A stretch of DNA of 61,553 nucleotides, the filler included, from Choristocarpus tenellus KU-1152 (taxonomy: Eukaryota > Protista > Phaeophyceae), in assembly GCA_964200185.2 (NCBI GenBank). It is 11 parts of 11 records of this genome, joined end to end, with 100 filler letters (N's around TTAATTAATTAA, not from the genome) between each part and the next. Parts side by side here need not be neighbours in the genome. Positions count along the whole stretch, not along the records: positions 1 to 4,931 come from CAXNAD020012487.1; positions 5,032 to 15,103 come from CAXNAD020003171.1; 9 more parts are not named here. The stretch is one strand, 5' to 3'. The number at the start of each line of letters is the position of its first letter. Position 1 is the stretch's first letter. The translations under genes and the position numbers were made by a program. Shown here in pieces: positions 1 through 11,100 of this stretch. Under the pieces are notes generated by a model. It was not told the origin of the DNA. It did no database searches and saw only the letters and a program-made list of their open reading frames with translations.

Positions 1-590
1 CCCTCAATGCTCACCTTTCCAGGATGTACAACTCAAATACAACGACCTTAATACAACGCTATGGGGGCGTTGCCTTTTACAATGAGTTATAGGGTGTCAG
101 ATAGTCTTCTCTTGATACTCCACTCAGTACTTAGCTCAAAGCTTGACTCAATGTTTCGTTCAAAATATAGACTGAGGCAAGAGTGGGGTCCTGGATTAAC
201 CAAAAGCCCTCTTATTATTTTCATCATCCACCCAATTTCGTTGGTCTTCTATCAACTACTCTATAGGTACTCCAATCATAAATAAACCTCTATTCTTCAA
301 CTTCTTAGTAGCTTTGACATTTTCCTCTGTAATGTTACGTAGGTATTCCGAATCTTACTCTGCATCTTCTTTAATAATCACTTGTTCTGTAAGGCTACCT
401 ATGTGTTACTAATATCTTATACAGTTCGCACTTGTCAGAACTCGAGAAACAATCTTCACACTATATGTCTGTTACAAATGTTCGTATTTCCTAACACATG
501 AGGAGAAAATGCTCGAACTATTTGCGTGTAACAAACGCTTGCACTTCGTTGAAATACAAGAAGAAACGATCGTGCTATTCGCCTGTAACA
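1..590. mobile_element. LTR family D copy 1 (cut by the window start)
   Basis: Aligns by eye along its length to 24912-25449 and 25524-26198 (AGGATGTACAACTCAAA, GTAAGGCTACCTATGTGTTACTAATATC). Ends in GCTATTCGCCTGTAACA at 590. Confidence 0.75.
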
Positions 591-859
591 AATATGGTAG
601 ATTCATAGGAGAGACTCATTCTGCGAACGAATATCTCTTGCAGTCAATTTCATGTCATTGCGGTGGACTGGATGACACTCTTGCATCACAAGATATTTCG
701 ATTTTGTCAAATAGGTTCTTCCTTTAGTACCATAATTTCTTCAATTCCTTGTTTTGGCTAAATCTTCAACTTGCCCAATTTTCGGCTCTAGGTTGTTGCA
801 GCATATGCACACCAGGCTTGACATCTGGCACAAGCCCCGTTTGCATTCCACCCACACTT

Positions 860-1118
860 GAGGGAAAATATCTTAGTGGGTACGAGTTTTACCCTGTTTG
901 TCCATTTGGGGCTTGGCTTCCCATGGGTTCTTTTATGACATTTTCCTACTCCAGAACATTTTGGAGTGGGTAACGTGTGTATGTTATGAAAGGATGTGTC
1001 CGGAACATGGATATTGACACTTCCTAACAAACATGATAGCCAAAATTGCACCAAAATCTCAACATTGGATATTAGCCCCCAAATGGACACGGCCCTACCC
1101 TCTAAGATACTTTGGCTC
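860..1118 (-). mobile_element. MITE family A, full copy
   Basis: ~23-bp TIRs (GAGGGAAAATATCTTAG...CTAAGATACTTTGGCTC). 4-bp TSD ACTT at 856-859 and 1119-1122. Confidence 0.9.
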
Positions 1119-1375
1119 ACTTGGCATTGAAAACTGACTCTCATAGTGCTCGCTGTAAGTGCATGCCTAAAACATAATCCAGATCCACAGGTCCCTAGAT
1201 TCAAACTGCCCATGACCTCTAGGTCCACAGCTTGGCAAATCAATATTGGGAGCAACATTGGTCTATCAATTTTCTCTCCTGCTGCAGAGTCTCACCTCTT
1301 GTCATCACAATTTCATTTGATCATCTCTCTTCCCCACCCAACTGTGGCGACGATCTGACCTATGTGTCATGTCAG

Positions 1376-2428
1376 AGGAATCTCTGGTCCTGGCAAATGA
1401 GCAATGCGAAAGTCTTTCGAAGTTTTTGGGTGTGAAATATGTGGACTGCAGCTCGTCGAACAAAGAGACTGATGAAGACTGCTTGCACGAGGTATGTCCC
1501 GAAACCCTAACCCTAACCCTAACCCCACAAAGCATTGAACTGCAAACTAGACTTTTTTCAGGGCCATGCATGGGCAAACAACGCACTGCTATTCTGGAGT
1601 CCCCTTTCCATCTGTTCAAACGTTCAGTTCCTTGGGACATTTTTTTTTTTTTTTTGGACGAGCAGGTTGGTGCTTTCTGGGGATGAGTGCCCGCCCACAT
1701 TTTATATTTTCTGTTCCCTGAAATTCTTATTTACCAATCGGACGAGAAAGAGGGTTGCAATCACAGAATGGTTTCCAGGCACACACCTCCCTACATCCTC
1801 ACGGTCCTCTCCTTTTTCATGCATCCTTCCAATGATAATTCCACCACTTTTCAAACATATCCTGACGGTGTGTACCTTTCTCTTCTCAATGCCAACTTGG
1901 CTAGCTTCTTACACCAAAGAGCCTCAAACCCCACAAGAGACGCTCGGCAGTTTCCGCAGCTCATACTCATAACACAACCCCACACGTATTCCACTCCCTG
2001 TTCTTATTTCCTGCTGCCAAAACGGTCCTGGTAGCCCTCTCCAGTGGGAGAATTTCGACCTCCACATCTAGTGCCTGGTCGGCAGTTTCTTGTGGCAATG
2101 CATCCGTCCCTAACCCTAACCCATTGGAGTGCACTTTGTCTGGAGTCAGGGTTAAGGCTATTGACCGGGAAAAGGCAGAAGAGATCTTGGAGATGGAGGG
2201 GGAGGGCGTTGAGAGGAGGGGGGAGACAGGTCTCAAAGGAAGGGAGGATGTGGAAGGGAGGGGAAAGAGTATTGGTGGGAACTGGACGGAGAACAAAAAG
2301 GCACTCGCAATCGCACTTGACAAAATGGAGGTATCGTTGGCACTGACCAAGGCCGATCTCAACTTTAGCGAGAGTCAGATGGAGAGACTTGAAAGCGAGA
2401 ATCAGAACCTCAACAACGACCTCGGTAG
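1376..2428 (+). CDS. Exon fragments of a probable coiled-coil protein (approx. 1376-1491 and 2150-2428); joining unresolved
   Basis: EESLVLANEQCESLSKFLGVKYVDCSSSNKETDEDCLHE is bounded by cag|...|gtatgt. The second block KALAIALDKMEVSLALTKADLNFSESQMERLESENQNLNNDL has heptad character. Phases do not join directly. Confidence 0.4.
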
Positions 2429-2687
2429 GTGGGATATGTGTTCTTGGTGATAGGGTCGTTGGTTGTAGTATTGTGGGGGGCGCAGGAGTGGGGAGGGTTT
2501 GCCGTTGCGAGCCTGGGTGTTATGGTCTGCAGGCGGATCAATACATAATACATATAATTTTTTTTGTGGATGATGTAAAAAAAAAGAAGACAAGGCACAC
2601 GAACGTGTTCCCATCAAAGAGGAAAAAAAACAGTCGATATTTTGTTGGGTCAGGGTCAGGGTCAGGGTTAGGGTTAGGGTTAGGTTA

Positions 2688-2958
2688 GAGTCAAAGTATC
2701 TTAGAGAGGGTAGAGCCGTATCCGTTTGGGGGCCAAAATCCCATGTTGTGATTTTTTAATATAATTTTGGACAATTGTGTTTGTTGGGAAGTGTCAATAC
2801 TCCTGTTCTGGTTATACCTTTTCATAACAGTTATATTTTACCTACTCCAAAACGTTTCAGATTAGATCAAATGTCATAAAAACAACCCTTGGTAAGACAA
2901 GACAAGCCTCAAACGGACAAATAGGGCAAAACTCATACCTCCTAAGATACTTTCACTC
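2688..2958 (+). mobile_element. MITE family A inserted in a TTAGGG tract
   Basis: GAGTCAAAGTATCTTAGAG...CTAAGATACTTTCACTC; TSD TTA; telomere-like repeats on both flanks. Confidence 0.9.
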
Positions 2959-3069
2959 TTAGGGTCAGGTTAGGGTTAGGGACATGAAAGTCAATATTTG
3001 GGTTAGGGTTAGGGTTAGGGAAAAGGGCTAAAAATTACAGGAGAGGTACACCTTATTTTCCTGCAAAGA

Positions 3070-3255
3070 GGGTCAAAGTATCTAGGGGGGGGGGGTGTCA
3101 ACGTCCGTTTTTCACCCTTTTTTCCATCTTCACGTTTTTGGTGTGATTTGGTCACACGAGTCGGATTTGAAACCTCAGCAAAAAAAAGAGTTGTTTGACC
3201 GAAACGGACGCCTCCTCACAAACCACACCCCCCCTCGCCCAAGATACTTTAACCC
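3070..3255. mobile_element. MITE family B variant (B')
   Basis: GGGTCAAAGTATCTAG(G)n ... (C)nTCGCCCAAGATACTTTAACCC; TSD AGA. Confidence 0.85.
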
Positions 3256-4901
3256 AGAGTAAGGGTTAGGGCACGAGGCAGCAGAAAAGATTCAAGAGGT
3301 TTGGGGTTATGGACAATGTTTAACTTTTCCACTCAGTTGGAGTTGAAAAAAGTTAAAGGGAACTTTTCTCAGTACAGGATCAATCGGATCGAAATTTTCG
3401 ACATACTACTGAAATTGAAAAATCGAAAAAAAAGGAAAAAGATCGCGCGCTCAGCAGGACAAGACGATGAAGACACACGCAGAATGACGATTACTGCGGG
3501 CCTCTGTGAGCAGAACGCACGAAACGCATGTGCTCCAGAAAATAAACTCATCGAAAATTGCTCCTCGATTTTCAGTTTCAACTTTTAAATGGAAACAAAA
3601 AATAAATAAATATATATATATATATATTTTTTGTGTTTCAATCAATAAGATCCACAAGACAACCTGTAACAGTCAACGTGTCCCGTTGAGCCAATCAAAT
3701 GTGCCTGCCCTGCAACCCTAACCCTAAAGGACATGATTTCTTTTCAGAATGAGAAACATCACTCCTTTTTTTATTTTCTGTGTGATGTTTTGCACCCTGG
3801 GAATAACCCTAACCCTAACTCAAACTCAAACCCTAACTTAAACCCTAACTCTAACCCTAACCCTAACCCTTGATTGTGGGCATCACATCACAGTTGTGTG
3901 TGCAGAGAGTGTTTGTAATAAGACCTTACATGCAGCAAATCCCAGAGGGTGCAATATTACACCAATGCAGGTGTTGGGGTCATGCAAATGATCAATAGCG
4001 TTTCCACCTGAGGATAAACTGTGAAATGTTACACAGTTAGGTAAATGCTGGGACTTCCTTACGAAATCATATTAGGGGCACATATTTAGGGTTAGGGTTA
4101 ATTTGAACCCTAATCCTAACCCTAACCCTTTGTTACAATCTGAATATATCTGCCTCTAGCTTCCTTGGCATTGATTCGTGCTCGATCATTCCACACCTTC
4201 AAGGTTTAGGGTCAGGGTGTTTATTTCCAGCCTTCTTAAGTAACGGTGTTTCCACAGCATTGAGGGGGTACGTGCTGGAGGTTGCGGGACGAGTGGATTC
4301 ATTTTGATTGGACGGGTATGACAAATAGACTCTTTTCATTGGTGCATACCATGGGTTAGGGTTAAGGTATCCAATGAGTGAGTGTCTTTGAGGTGGGGGC
4401 GGGCAGGGTCGAACCACCCTGACCCTAACCCTAACCCTAAGAGACGAGGGATTTTCGTGCACTGAAGCGTACCTGTTTGCCAGAGGGAACTTGTGAACAG
4501 TCCTGATTGGTCTATTGTCCCTGCGGACTTAGGGATAAGGTTAGTTTTAGGGTTAGGGTTAGTGCGGTGCGCATTCGCGACAAAGTCCTGACTTTTCATT
4601 GGTCAACAGACCAATTGCATCCTTTCATTGGTCAACAAACCAATAGCACCCAAGAGGAGGAGTCATACGTCCATATGGGGCCAGATTGAACCTAACCCGC
4701 AGTGATCTTAATGTCATTTAAGTCAATATGTCAGATGTAATGGCAATTTCCTTCGGCTGAATGCACCTTCCTTTTCCATCCCCCCTAACCCTAACCCTAA
4801 CCAAATCTGAGACACAGGCATCAAAGTGAATTATCTTGCAACACCCCTTCAAGCCCCGAATGGACTATTTTCCCTAAACAACCTCCCCCCCCCCTATGAT
4901 A

Positions 4902-4931
4902 GACCCAAAGTATCTAGGGGGGGGGGGGGGG
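4902..4931 (+). mobile_element. MITE family B left end, cut by contig end
   Basis: GACCCAAAGTATCTAG followed by poly-G running into the spacer. Confidence 0.8.
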
Positions 4932-5031
4932 NNNNNNNNNNNNNNNNNNNNNNNNNNNNNNNNNNNNNNNNNNNNTTAATTAATTAANNNNNNNNNNNNN
5001 NNNNNNNNNNNNNNNNNNNNNNNNNNNNNNN
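4932..5031. other. Artificial contig spacer N44-TTAATTAATTAA-N44 (first of ten)
   Basis: Identical 100-nt spacers at 4932, 15104, 19268, 24468, 30935, 44465, 47157, 50901, 54143 and 57755. The 12-mer places stops in all six frames. A separate 10-N gap lies at 22487-22496. Confidence 0.99.
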
Positions 5032-5214
5032 ATTCAGGGACACTTGGGCACCCTTCTTACGCGGGGGGGCCGACGGGGGGGTTGCCATTCCGACGTTCTG
5101 ACCCTCGACGTGCCCAGTTCTGCCCTCAAAATCACCCCAAGAGATCCCTACTTTGACGGATTGAAGCACCTTGAGTTTGAACCTGATGATCCTCGACCCC
5201 CACCTTTTCTGAAA

Positions 5215-5464
5215 GAGTGAAAGTATCTTAGAGGGTACGAGTTTTGCCCTGTTTGTCCATTTATGGCTTGACTTCCTTCGGGGTTTTTAATGACGTTTTT
5301 CTACTCCAAAATATTTCGGAGAAGATAAATGTGTATGTTATGAAAAGGTGTGCCCGGAAGGTTATTGACACTCCCTAACACAATATCCAAAATTACATCA
5401 AAATTGCAACATTGGATTTGGACCCCAAATGGACGCGGCTCTACACTCTTAGATACTTTGACTC
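5215..5464 (-). mobile_element. MITE family A, full copy
   Basis: GAGTGAAAGTATCTTAGAGGGTA...AGATACTTTGACTC; 4-bp TSD GAAA. Confidence 0.92.
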
Positions 5465-6154
5465 GAAAACTGAGATTATCAACCCAATTTCAGTAGGGTT
5501 ATCGTCCGACTGGGCACCGTTCTCGCTCGGCGAGCTCAGATATTTCGCGGCACAAACTTATGGCACAGAGGTATTAACATTTTTCGTTATTTCGAAGAAG
5601 AGCTTGACCATCTCTAACCCCTAACCGTATGGCTCTACTTCAATTACTCTTCCTAGAATTGCTAAAAGATCTCACCGAGGCACAGACAAATACATCATGC
5701 CAACAATATAATGCGTATGATGAGTGGGCAGAGGGTGGTTTCATTCCTACACCCTATTAATACCTCGGACTCTATTTAGTATGGTAGGACAAGAACTCGA
5801 CTTATCATACTACGTAGGGTTAGGGTTAGGGTTAGGGTTATGGTAGAATGCATGATTCTTGGTACAACATTGGCCTGTTTTACTGCCACACAGTACAGAT
5901 ATTAGGCGCTTTTCGAAAAAGCTCTACACACGGATGAAACGCCGCCAGCTAAAAATATATATATATTTTTTGGTTGTACTTGCACATATTACATGCTCTT
6001 CGTCAAATATTTCAGGTAGGTCCAAACAATAAAATAATTTCTTCCTTCAATCTACAACTGTTCTATGACAAGTGGTTGGAGTATACACAAGGCTATCACT
6101 CATATCAATGTCACACACTGTTCTTGTCGTATAACTTCGGTAAAAAATCGTTTA

Positions 6155-7330
6155 TTAGGTCTGATTTCTCGTACATATTATCTCTATCATCGCATGAAGC
6201 ATAAGAGACAGTATTCCTCCCCCGACCCACCCATTACGCACTGATGTTAGCAGAGTATATGACATCTGACTAGTCCTTGTGGTGGACTCGCATACCCATA
6301 AAACCATCTCGCCCCTCCCAGAGGTCTCCCATGGACATCCATCCTCCAAAAAAATACATACAGTGAACTCTGCAATACTGTAATAATGCGAGAAAAAAAT
6401 TCGCGACTGTTGTTTGTGCTCAAAGCATCCAGTCCTACACATAATAATGTCGAGCTTCATACAATGAACCATCCTGTCGAGTAGAACTTGTGGTGCGCTG
6501 GCGAAGACTGCCGAGACACTGCACAAAGCATAGAAACCAGTAACCAATGTACCCTAATGCACTAAATGCTATCATTTTTATTATTATTATCGACAACAAA
6601 CCACTAACCCCACATCAGCACAATCCAGCGGGAGGATTCGTAAATAGTCCGGGCATTTATTGTCCGTGAAACAGAAAGCAATAGTATCTATGTGACCTTC
6701 CTACCCTATTCCAGTAGGCTTTTATTGCCAAGCACTATACTTCTGTCTGTTGTGGTAGTAAAATGAGAGAAACTAAGTGCGCCTGAGTAGTCACTCTATT
6801 CCGCAGGAAAAGGGTCATGTCAAGTTCTGGCAGGCCTACTTTTGCACTCCTTGCTACTTTCTCTTTCCTATTATGTCAGCGTCTCTTCTGTGTGTCCCTC
6901 GACACCTGCAGATATCCTCTATTTTCTTCTTCATTCCCAAATACCTCTTCCACCGGTCCACTGTGGCAGCAGCATTGAAAGAAGCTGCAATTGTGGCAGT
7001 GGCCACAGCAACGTGCGGGACCCTGGATGTGGTTGCGGCAGTCTGGACTCTGGGGAGAATATCACTGGTTAAAACAGAGCTTTGGGATAGAAGAACTGAA
7101 TACATGCAATATCTCGGAAGTTTAAAAGAGCATTTGTGCGTTGCGGCAATTCCTCCAGCAGATTGGTCAATAGTGAAGCTCCCAGCAAGGAATTGGGGGA
7201 CCAAGAGGGGGTAGAGGCAGGTGGAGTTGTTAATGGAGTCACGGACGTTGTCAATGGAACTAGATCAGTAGGTAGTACGGTCACCAGCTCCATGGGTGCT
7301 GACAGTGGTACATCGGGGTTTTTTGCATTG
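6155..7330 (-). pseudogene. Possible decayed LTR-retrotransposon gag/integrase remnant
   Basis: Only weak resemblance to Copia integrase (APQVLLDRMV... and GRGEMVLWVC) in broken ORFs. Confidence 0.2.
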
Positions 7331-8949
7331 TGAACATTTAGTAATGCTGAGATGAAAGCTAAAGCCTTGCCTCTTTTGTTGTTTTATCCTGTGCTTTGTT
7401 GCACTTAAGCTTCTTGTCTTATTCTTGTGTGTTTATTCTGTATGTCGGTTGAGACTGGGGTTATATGATGAAGTCTGGCATGTTTATTCCCCTCTTTCCT
7501 TATGTGCTGTAAGTGAATGAGGGTCAGGGTTGTTGATATATTTCGTATCATCTGGCACTTTTTCTCCTGTCTCCCTCACCATATGTTGGTGCCACCAATT
7601 TGAACTGCTCACCGTGTCCACAACAGTAATGTAGTAGTACAGAGTAGTTATCATCGCGCTAGTGGCAGTGGTTCGTAGAAGAAGCAGTCTCACCACTCTG
7701 TCTCCTATTGACTCAACAGGGATGGGGAGTTGCTACTACGACAAACCTTTCCTTCCAATTCATTGTCGTATCTGATGCTTTGTTTGTCTCCTTGGACACT
7801 TACTTCGTGAAAGTATTGTACAATGCCCACTGTATCTCTCAGAAAGTCATGCGGGGGGTTCACCTGCCCCTCCGCAATAGTGGTTGGGATACAAGGGAGT
7901 GTGACAAGATATTTGTTTGGGTTTGGATCAGATTCAGGGCGCCACAAGACATTTTCACCAGACACCCAAGACCTCTAGCCATGGATTCCACTCTCTGTTA
8001 AACACCATGATGAACAAATACCAAAACCATGAGTGTGCGTTGAGAGTCAGGGGACATTTCGACTTTCAAGGCCTACATGCTCAGAGGGCTGACTTGCTGG
8101 GATTTGGGGTCAAGGGTGGCACACATGAAACTTGGAGCAACACTCACTACCTCAATGTTCTGATCAAGAATGCTGAGCACAGGATCATGGCTTGGAGTGA
8201 CTACCTGAAGATAGAAATGTTGGGAGTGCAAGCAAAGATGACAGGGCAAAACAATGTCGTTGTTTAAGGCGATGACAAGGATATATCACATAACAACAAG
8301 AATACCGTGGTTGTAACCCCAGTCACATGAACAAAGTACTTTTGACTAATAATCTGGAGGATAACATTTCTGGATCGTTTTCTTTGGTATTAGCCATAGC
8401 GAAACTATCTATATGTGTGCTTTTCATCTTCTATGGTGCCAATGCACTGTTCATGTATGAATAAGCATCTTTTGTATATATTTACTGTAACCCTGCGTCT
8501 ATTACGTCTAGTGTTGTTAGTTCTTCCCTATTTTATTCGATCATCTCTCTTCCTCCTTGTAGGACATGGGTTTTAACATCGTGCAAGTGCTGTGCGATTT
8601 CTTCCAGTTTTAAAGTGCATATCCATCGCACATGGAAAATACTTGGTAGATGCATATTGTGTAAGAAATAGTAGTAGTACTAGTAGTAGCAGTATCAACA
8701 CGAGCTGCAACATGGTGGTAACGTTTCTTCATGACTACGTACTTCTTACGCCTGTGTGTCTTACTTCGTTCTAGTGCGACATCACTCACACCGTTACTAC
8801 GTATATAGTACCTCTATAATACTGCTGGTACTAGTACATATATTCATTAAAAAAAAAAAGGTGTTGATGCTTTGATCTCTTTTCCTCTTAATTGCTGCCA
8901 CCACAACACCAACAGTTAATTAGCTGGAGGAGCGATGAAATCACTGTGT

Positions 8950-9030
8950 CATCATTTTATTATTACGCCCTCTGACATTTCGGAGATGTGTCAGGGGAAA
9001 AATCAACAAAACTATTAACATGTCAGAATA
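8950..9030. repeat. Dispersed repeat E, inverse copy at about 47345-47430
   Basis: TTATTACGCCCTCTGACATTTCGGAGATGTG...AATCAA..AAACTATT is the near reverse complement of AATAGTT..TTGATT...CACATCTCCAAAATGTCAGAGGGCATAATAA. Confidence 0.75.
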
Positions 9031-9733
9031 AACCCCCAAAAAGTATTCCGTCAACATCAATAACTTGTTTCTTTACTAATATAAAACGTACAGTGTTCTC
9101 CTCGTTCTCGTTATCATCATGCCAATCCCTTCCACAACGAAGTAGTTGCAGTAGTACTAAAAATTTAAGGTTTAAACGCAGTACGAAATGTCTCATGCTT
9201 GATGTTGCCTCATCATTTCATTAACACCAACAGTAAGTACTACTAATAGTAGTATTATTTGAGACAACGATAGGAATGGTACCAAAGGGAATAAATAGGG
9301 AGTAGAGGAAATAATGAACTACACACACATACACACGTAACTCGTCCACAAGCACCGTAGAATCAATTCTGTCAGACGAGCACCTTCTATTTCTCTTAAA
9401 ACTTACAGCCCTAGAACATGCTAGACAAGGGAATACACAACACTATTCCACATCGCCCTTTCCTCACCAGGAAGAAATTTCTATAGAAACAGGAATTAAA
9501 TAGCGATTTTTTTCCCACCTCACTGAATGAAATGCACAAAATATTAATATTTTGAAAATATCCACTAGGTTGAAAAACATAGTAATACTCTACCATTCAA
9601 AAGAGTTCAAGATTGCAGACAAATTATAATTATTTTTGTCGCTTACTGGAGAGTTTGGAAGATGGTCATCGTGATAACCATCATTGGCCAGTTGACTTGG
9701 ACATCACAAGACAATGAACATTTGGTGAGAACA

Positions 9734-9977
9734 GAGCCAAACCAATTGAGAGCTAGGCAAGGGTACATTTGAAGGATAAAAGACGCTATTTTGTGTAATT
9801 GTAGAAAGAGCCTTCTTTGCTGAATTGTGGTGTGAGTTTGTGTTATGTTGGGGGAATGTTGATACTGCTTACACTATTGTGGACATGAAGCAATGAAATA
9901 GAGTTTATTGCACAGGGTAAGAAAGATGGCTTAGGATGCAGAGGGGTCAAAGTCGGCCTACCCAACTGGTTTCGCTC
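9734..9977 (+). mobile_element. MITE family C (old, diverged)
   Basis: GAGCCAAACCAATTGAGAG ... CAACTGGTTTCGCTC; internal similarity to 41510-41713 and 43262-43733. No clean TSD. Confidence 0.75.
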
Positions 9978-10179
9978 CACGTTATCAGCACATGCAGGTA
10001 TGTGATGTAGTACAATGGTGATCTTTTATTGCACACATTCTCGAGTCAACAAAAGAAAACCCTTCGAAGTAGCCAGGTCCGCAAGTAGTGTGGATTGTCC
10101 AATAAAACATTATCGCTCAGTTTAGAATAACTAACAATAACATCATGATGATAATATCTTAAATCAAATCCCGCCAAGA

Positions 10180-11100
10180 ACATTGGAGTTAATGTGCCAT
10201 AGAAAGGAAACTCCTTGTATCAAGCCAGTTAACTCCGACTGGGAAGTGTCAAGTATTGAGGGCAGCAAATCACATACATTGCTTCTTCTGGTCAGACCTC
10301 TGGTGAAACGGGTCATCACACCGGGTCAACACCAAATATTGTCACCACCCCATTGTTTTGAGCGGGTGTGATGACGAGAGCCAAGACAAAAATAATGATC
10401 AAAACAAATGTATCTCTTTTCTAGGAAAGCATGAACAAATGTTGTGTTGCCTCTAAAGTTGAAACCTCTTCTTTTCACTCTTTAATTCTCGAGGGTATTC
10501 CAGTCATAGTCTCAGAATTTTGGCACTCTGCAGATAGGTCTACATCCGTACCTACCCTACCGACCATAACTCCTCCGGCCTACCTGCAGACACAGAAAAA
10601 GCCTCCACTGCACTTCCAGGATACAAAAGTTCCATTATCTCTAACCTAGTACTCACTTTGATCTCTTCTCCAGCATTAAAATCTCCACGGAATGCCATAA
10701 CTTCACATAGGCTTCTACAAGGACAGGTGCTGTTGTTATGCTGTACTATCACGTCCGAATCCACTCAAGAAACATCAAGTAAGCAAGAGTCAGTGCAACA
10801 CAGAAAGCCTCAAGGGGAGGACATCAACAAGCACAGTATGTTCAATAACATGACATCGTTGTGTCCTTCAGGATATCACCCACAAGCTCTGCTCTTAAGT
10901 AGCCTTTGTTGTACCTCCTCCCTAAGACCATGCCATTCCTCCCCCCCCCCCTCCCCCCGGCTAGGCCCCGATACCTTTTTCTCCTCTTCCATTCAACAAA
11001 CAAAAAACCCAACAGCAAAACGACACCATCTACTTTCAGGAACAACCATTCACGACCAGACTCATTAACCGCCTCCGATCCTCCATTCTCCCTTCTCCTT
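10180..11100 (-). pseudogene. Decayed Ty1/Copia gag-protease-integrase remnant
   Basis: Minus strand shows, in order, GRGGGR, VDSDVIVQH (cf. DSGA.H), TPAQNNGVV (cf. TPQQNGVVE) and FPFYG, with many stops. Confidence 0.35.

Larger units (their letters stand above)
1504..5840. repeat. Dense cluster of short interstitial telomere-like (TTAGGG/CCCTAA)n tracts in both orientations (range spans one contig spacer)
   Basis: Tracts at about 1504-1525, 2108-2122, 2648-2687, 2959-3020, 3714-3727, 3806-3870, 4087-4128, 4353-4365, 4417-4440, 4529-4562, 4784-4802 and 5815-5840, with TCAGGG variants. More tracts occur near 13.3-13.8 kb, 19.7-19.9 kb, 38.0 kb and 56.15-56.2 kb. Confidence 0.9.

Noticed and set aside
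595-612. TGGTAGATTC... after LTR copy 1 (and TGGTTTC at 25450) as primer-binding sites
   Set aside because: TGGT at 25450 is the TSD. The 595 sequence could not be matched to a tRNA 3' end, and PPT evidence points to the opposite LTR orientation.
1469-1506. CTGATGA...CGAAAC as a hammerhead ribozyme core
   Set aside because: Stem II closing pairs are mismatched, stems I and III are absent, and it overlaps a likely exon and splice donor.
2389-4600. ORFs with GLGLG / VRVRV / LTLTL / PNPNP peptides
   Set aside because: These are translations of TTAGGG/CCCTAA tracts.
10660-10700. GDFNA as a LINE endonuclease motif
   Set aside because: Isolated pentapeptide with no other APE motifs; flanking fragments fit Copia better.
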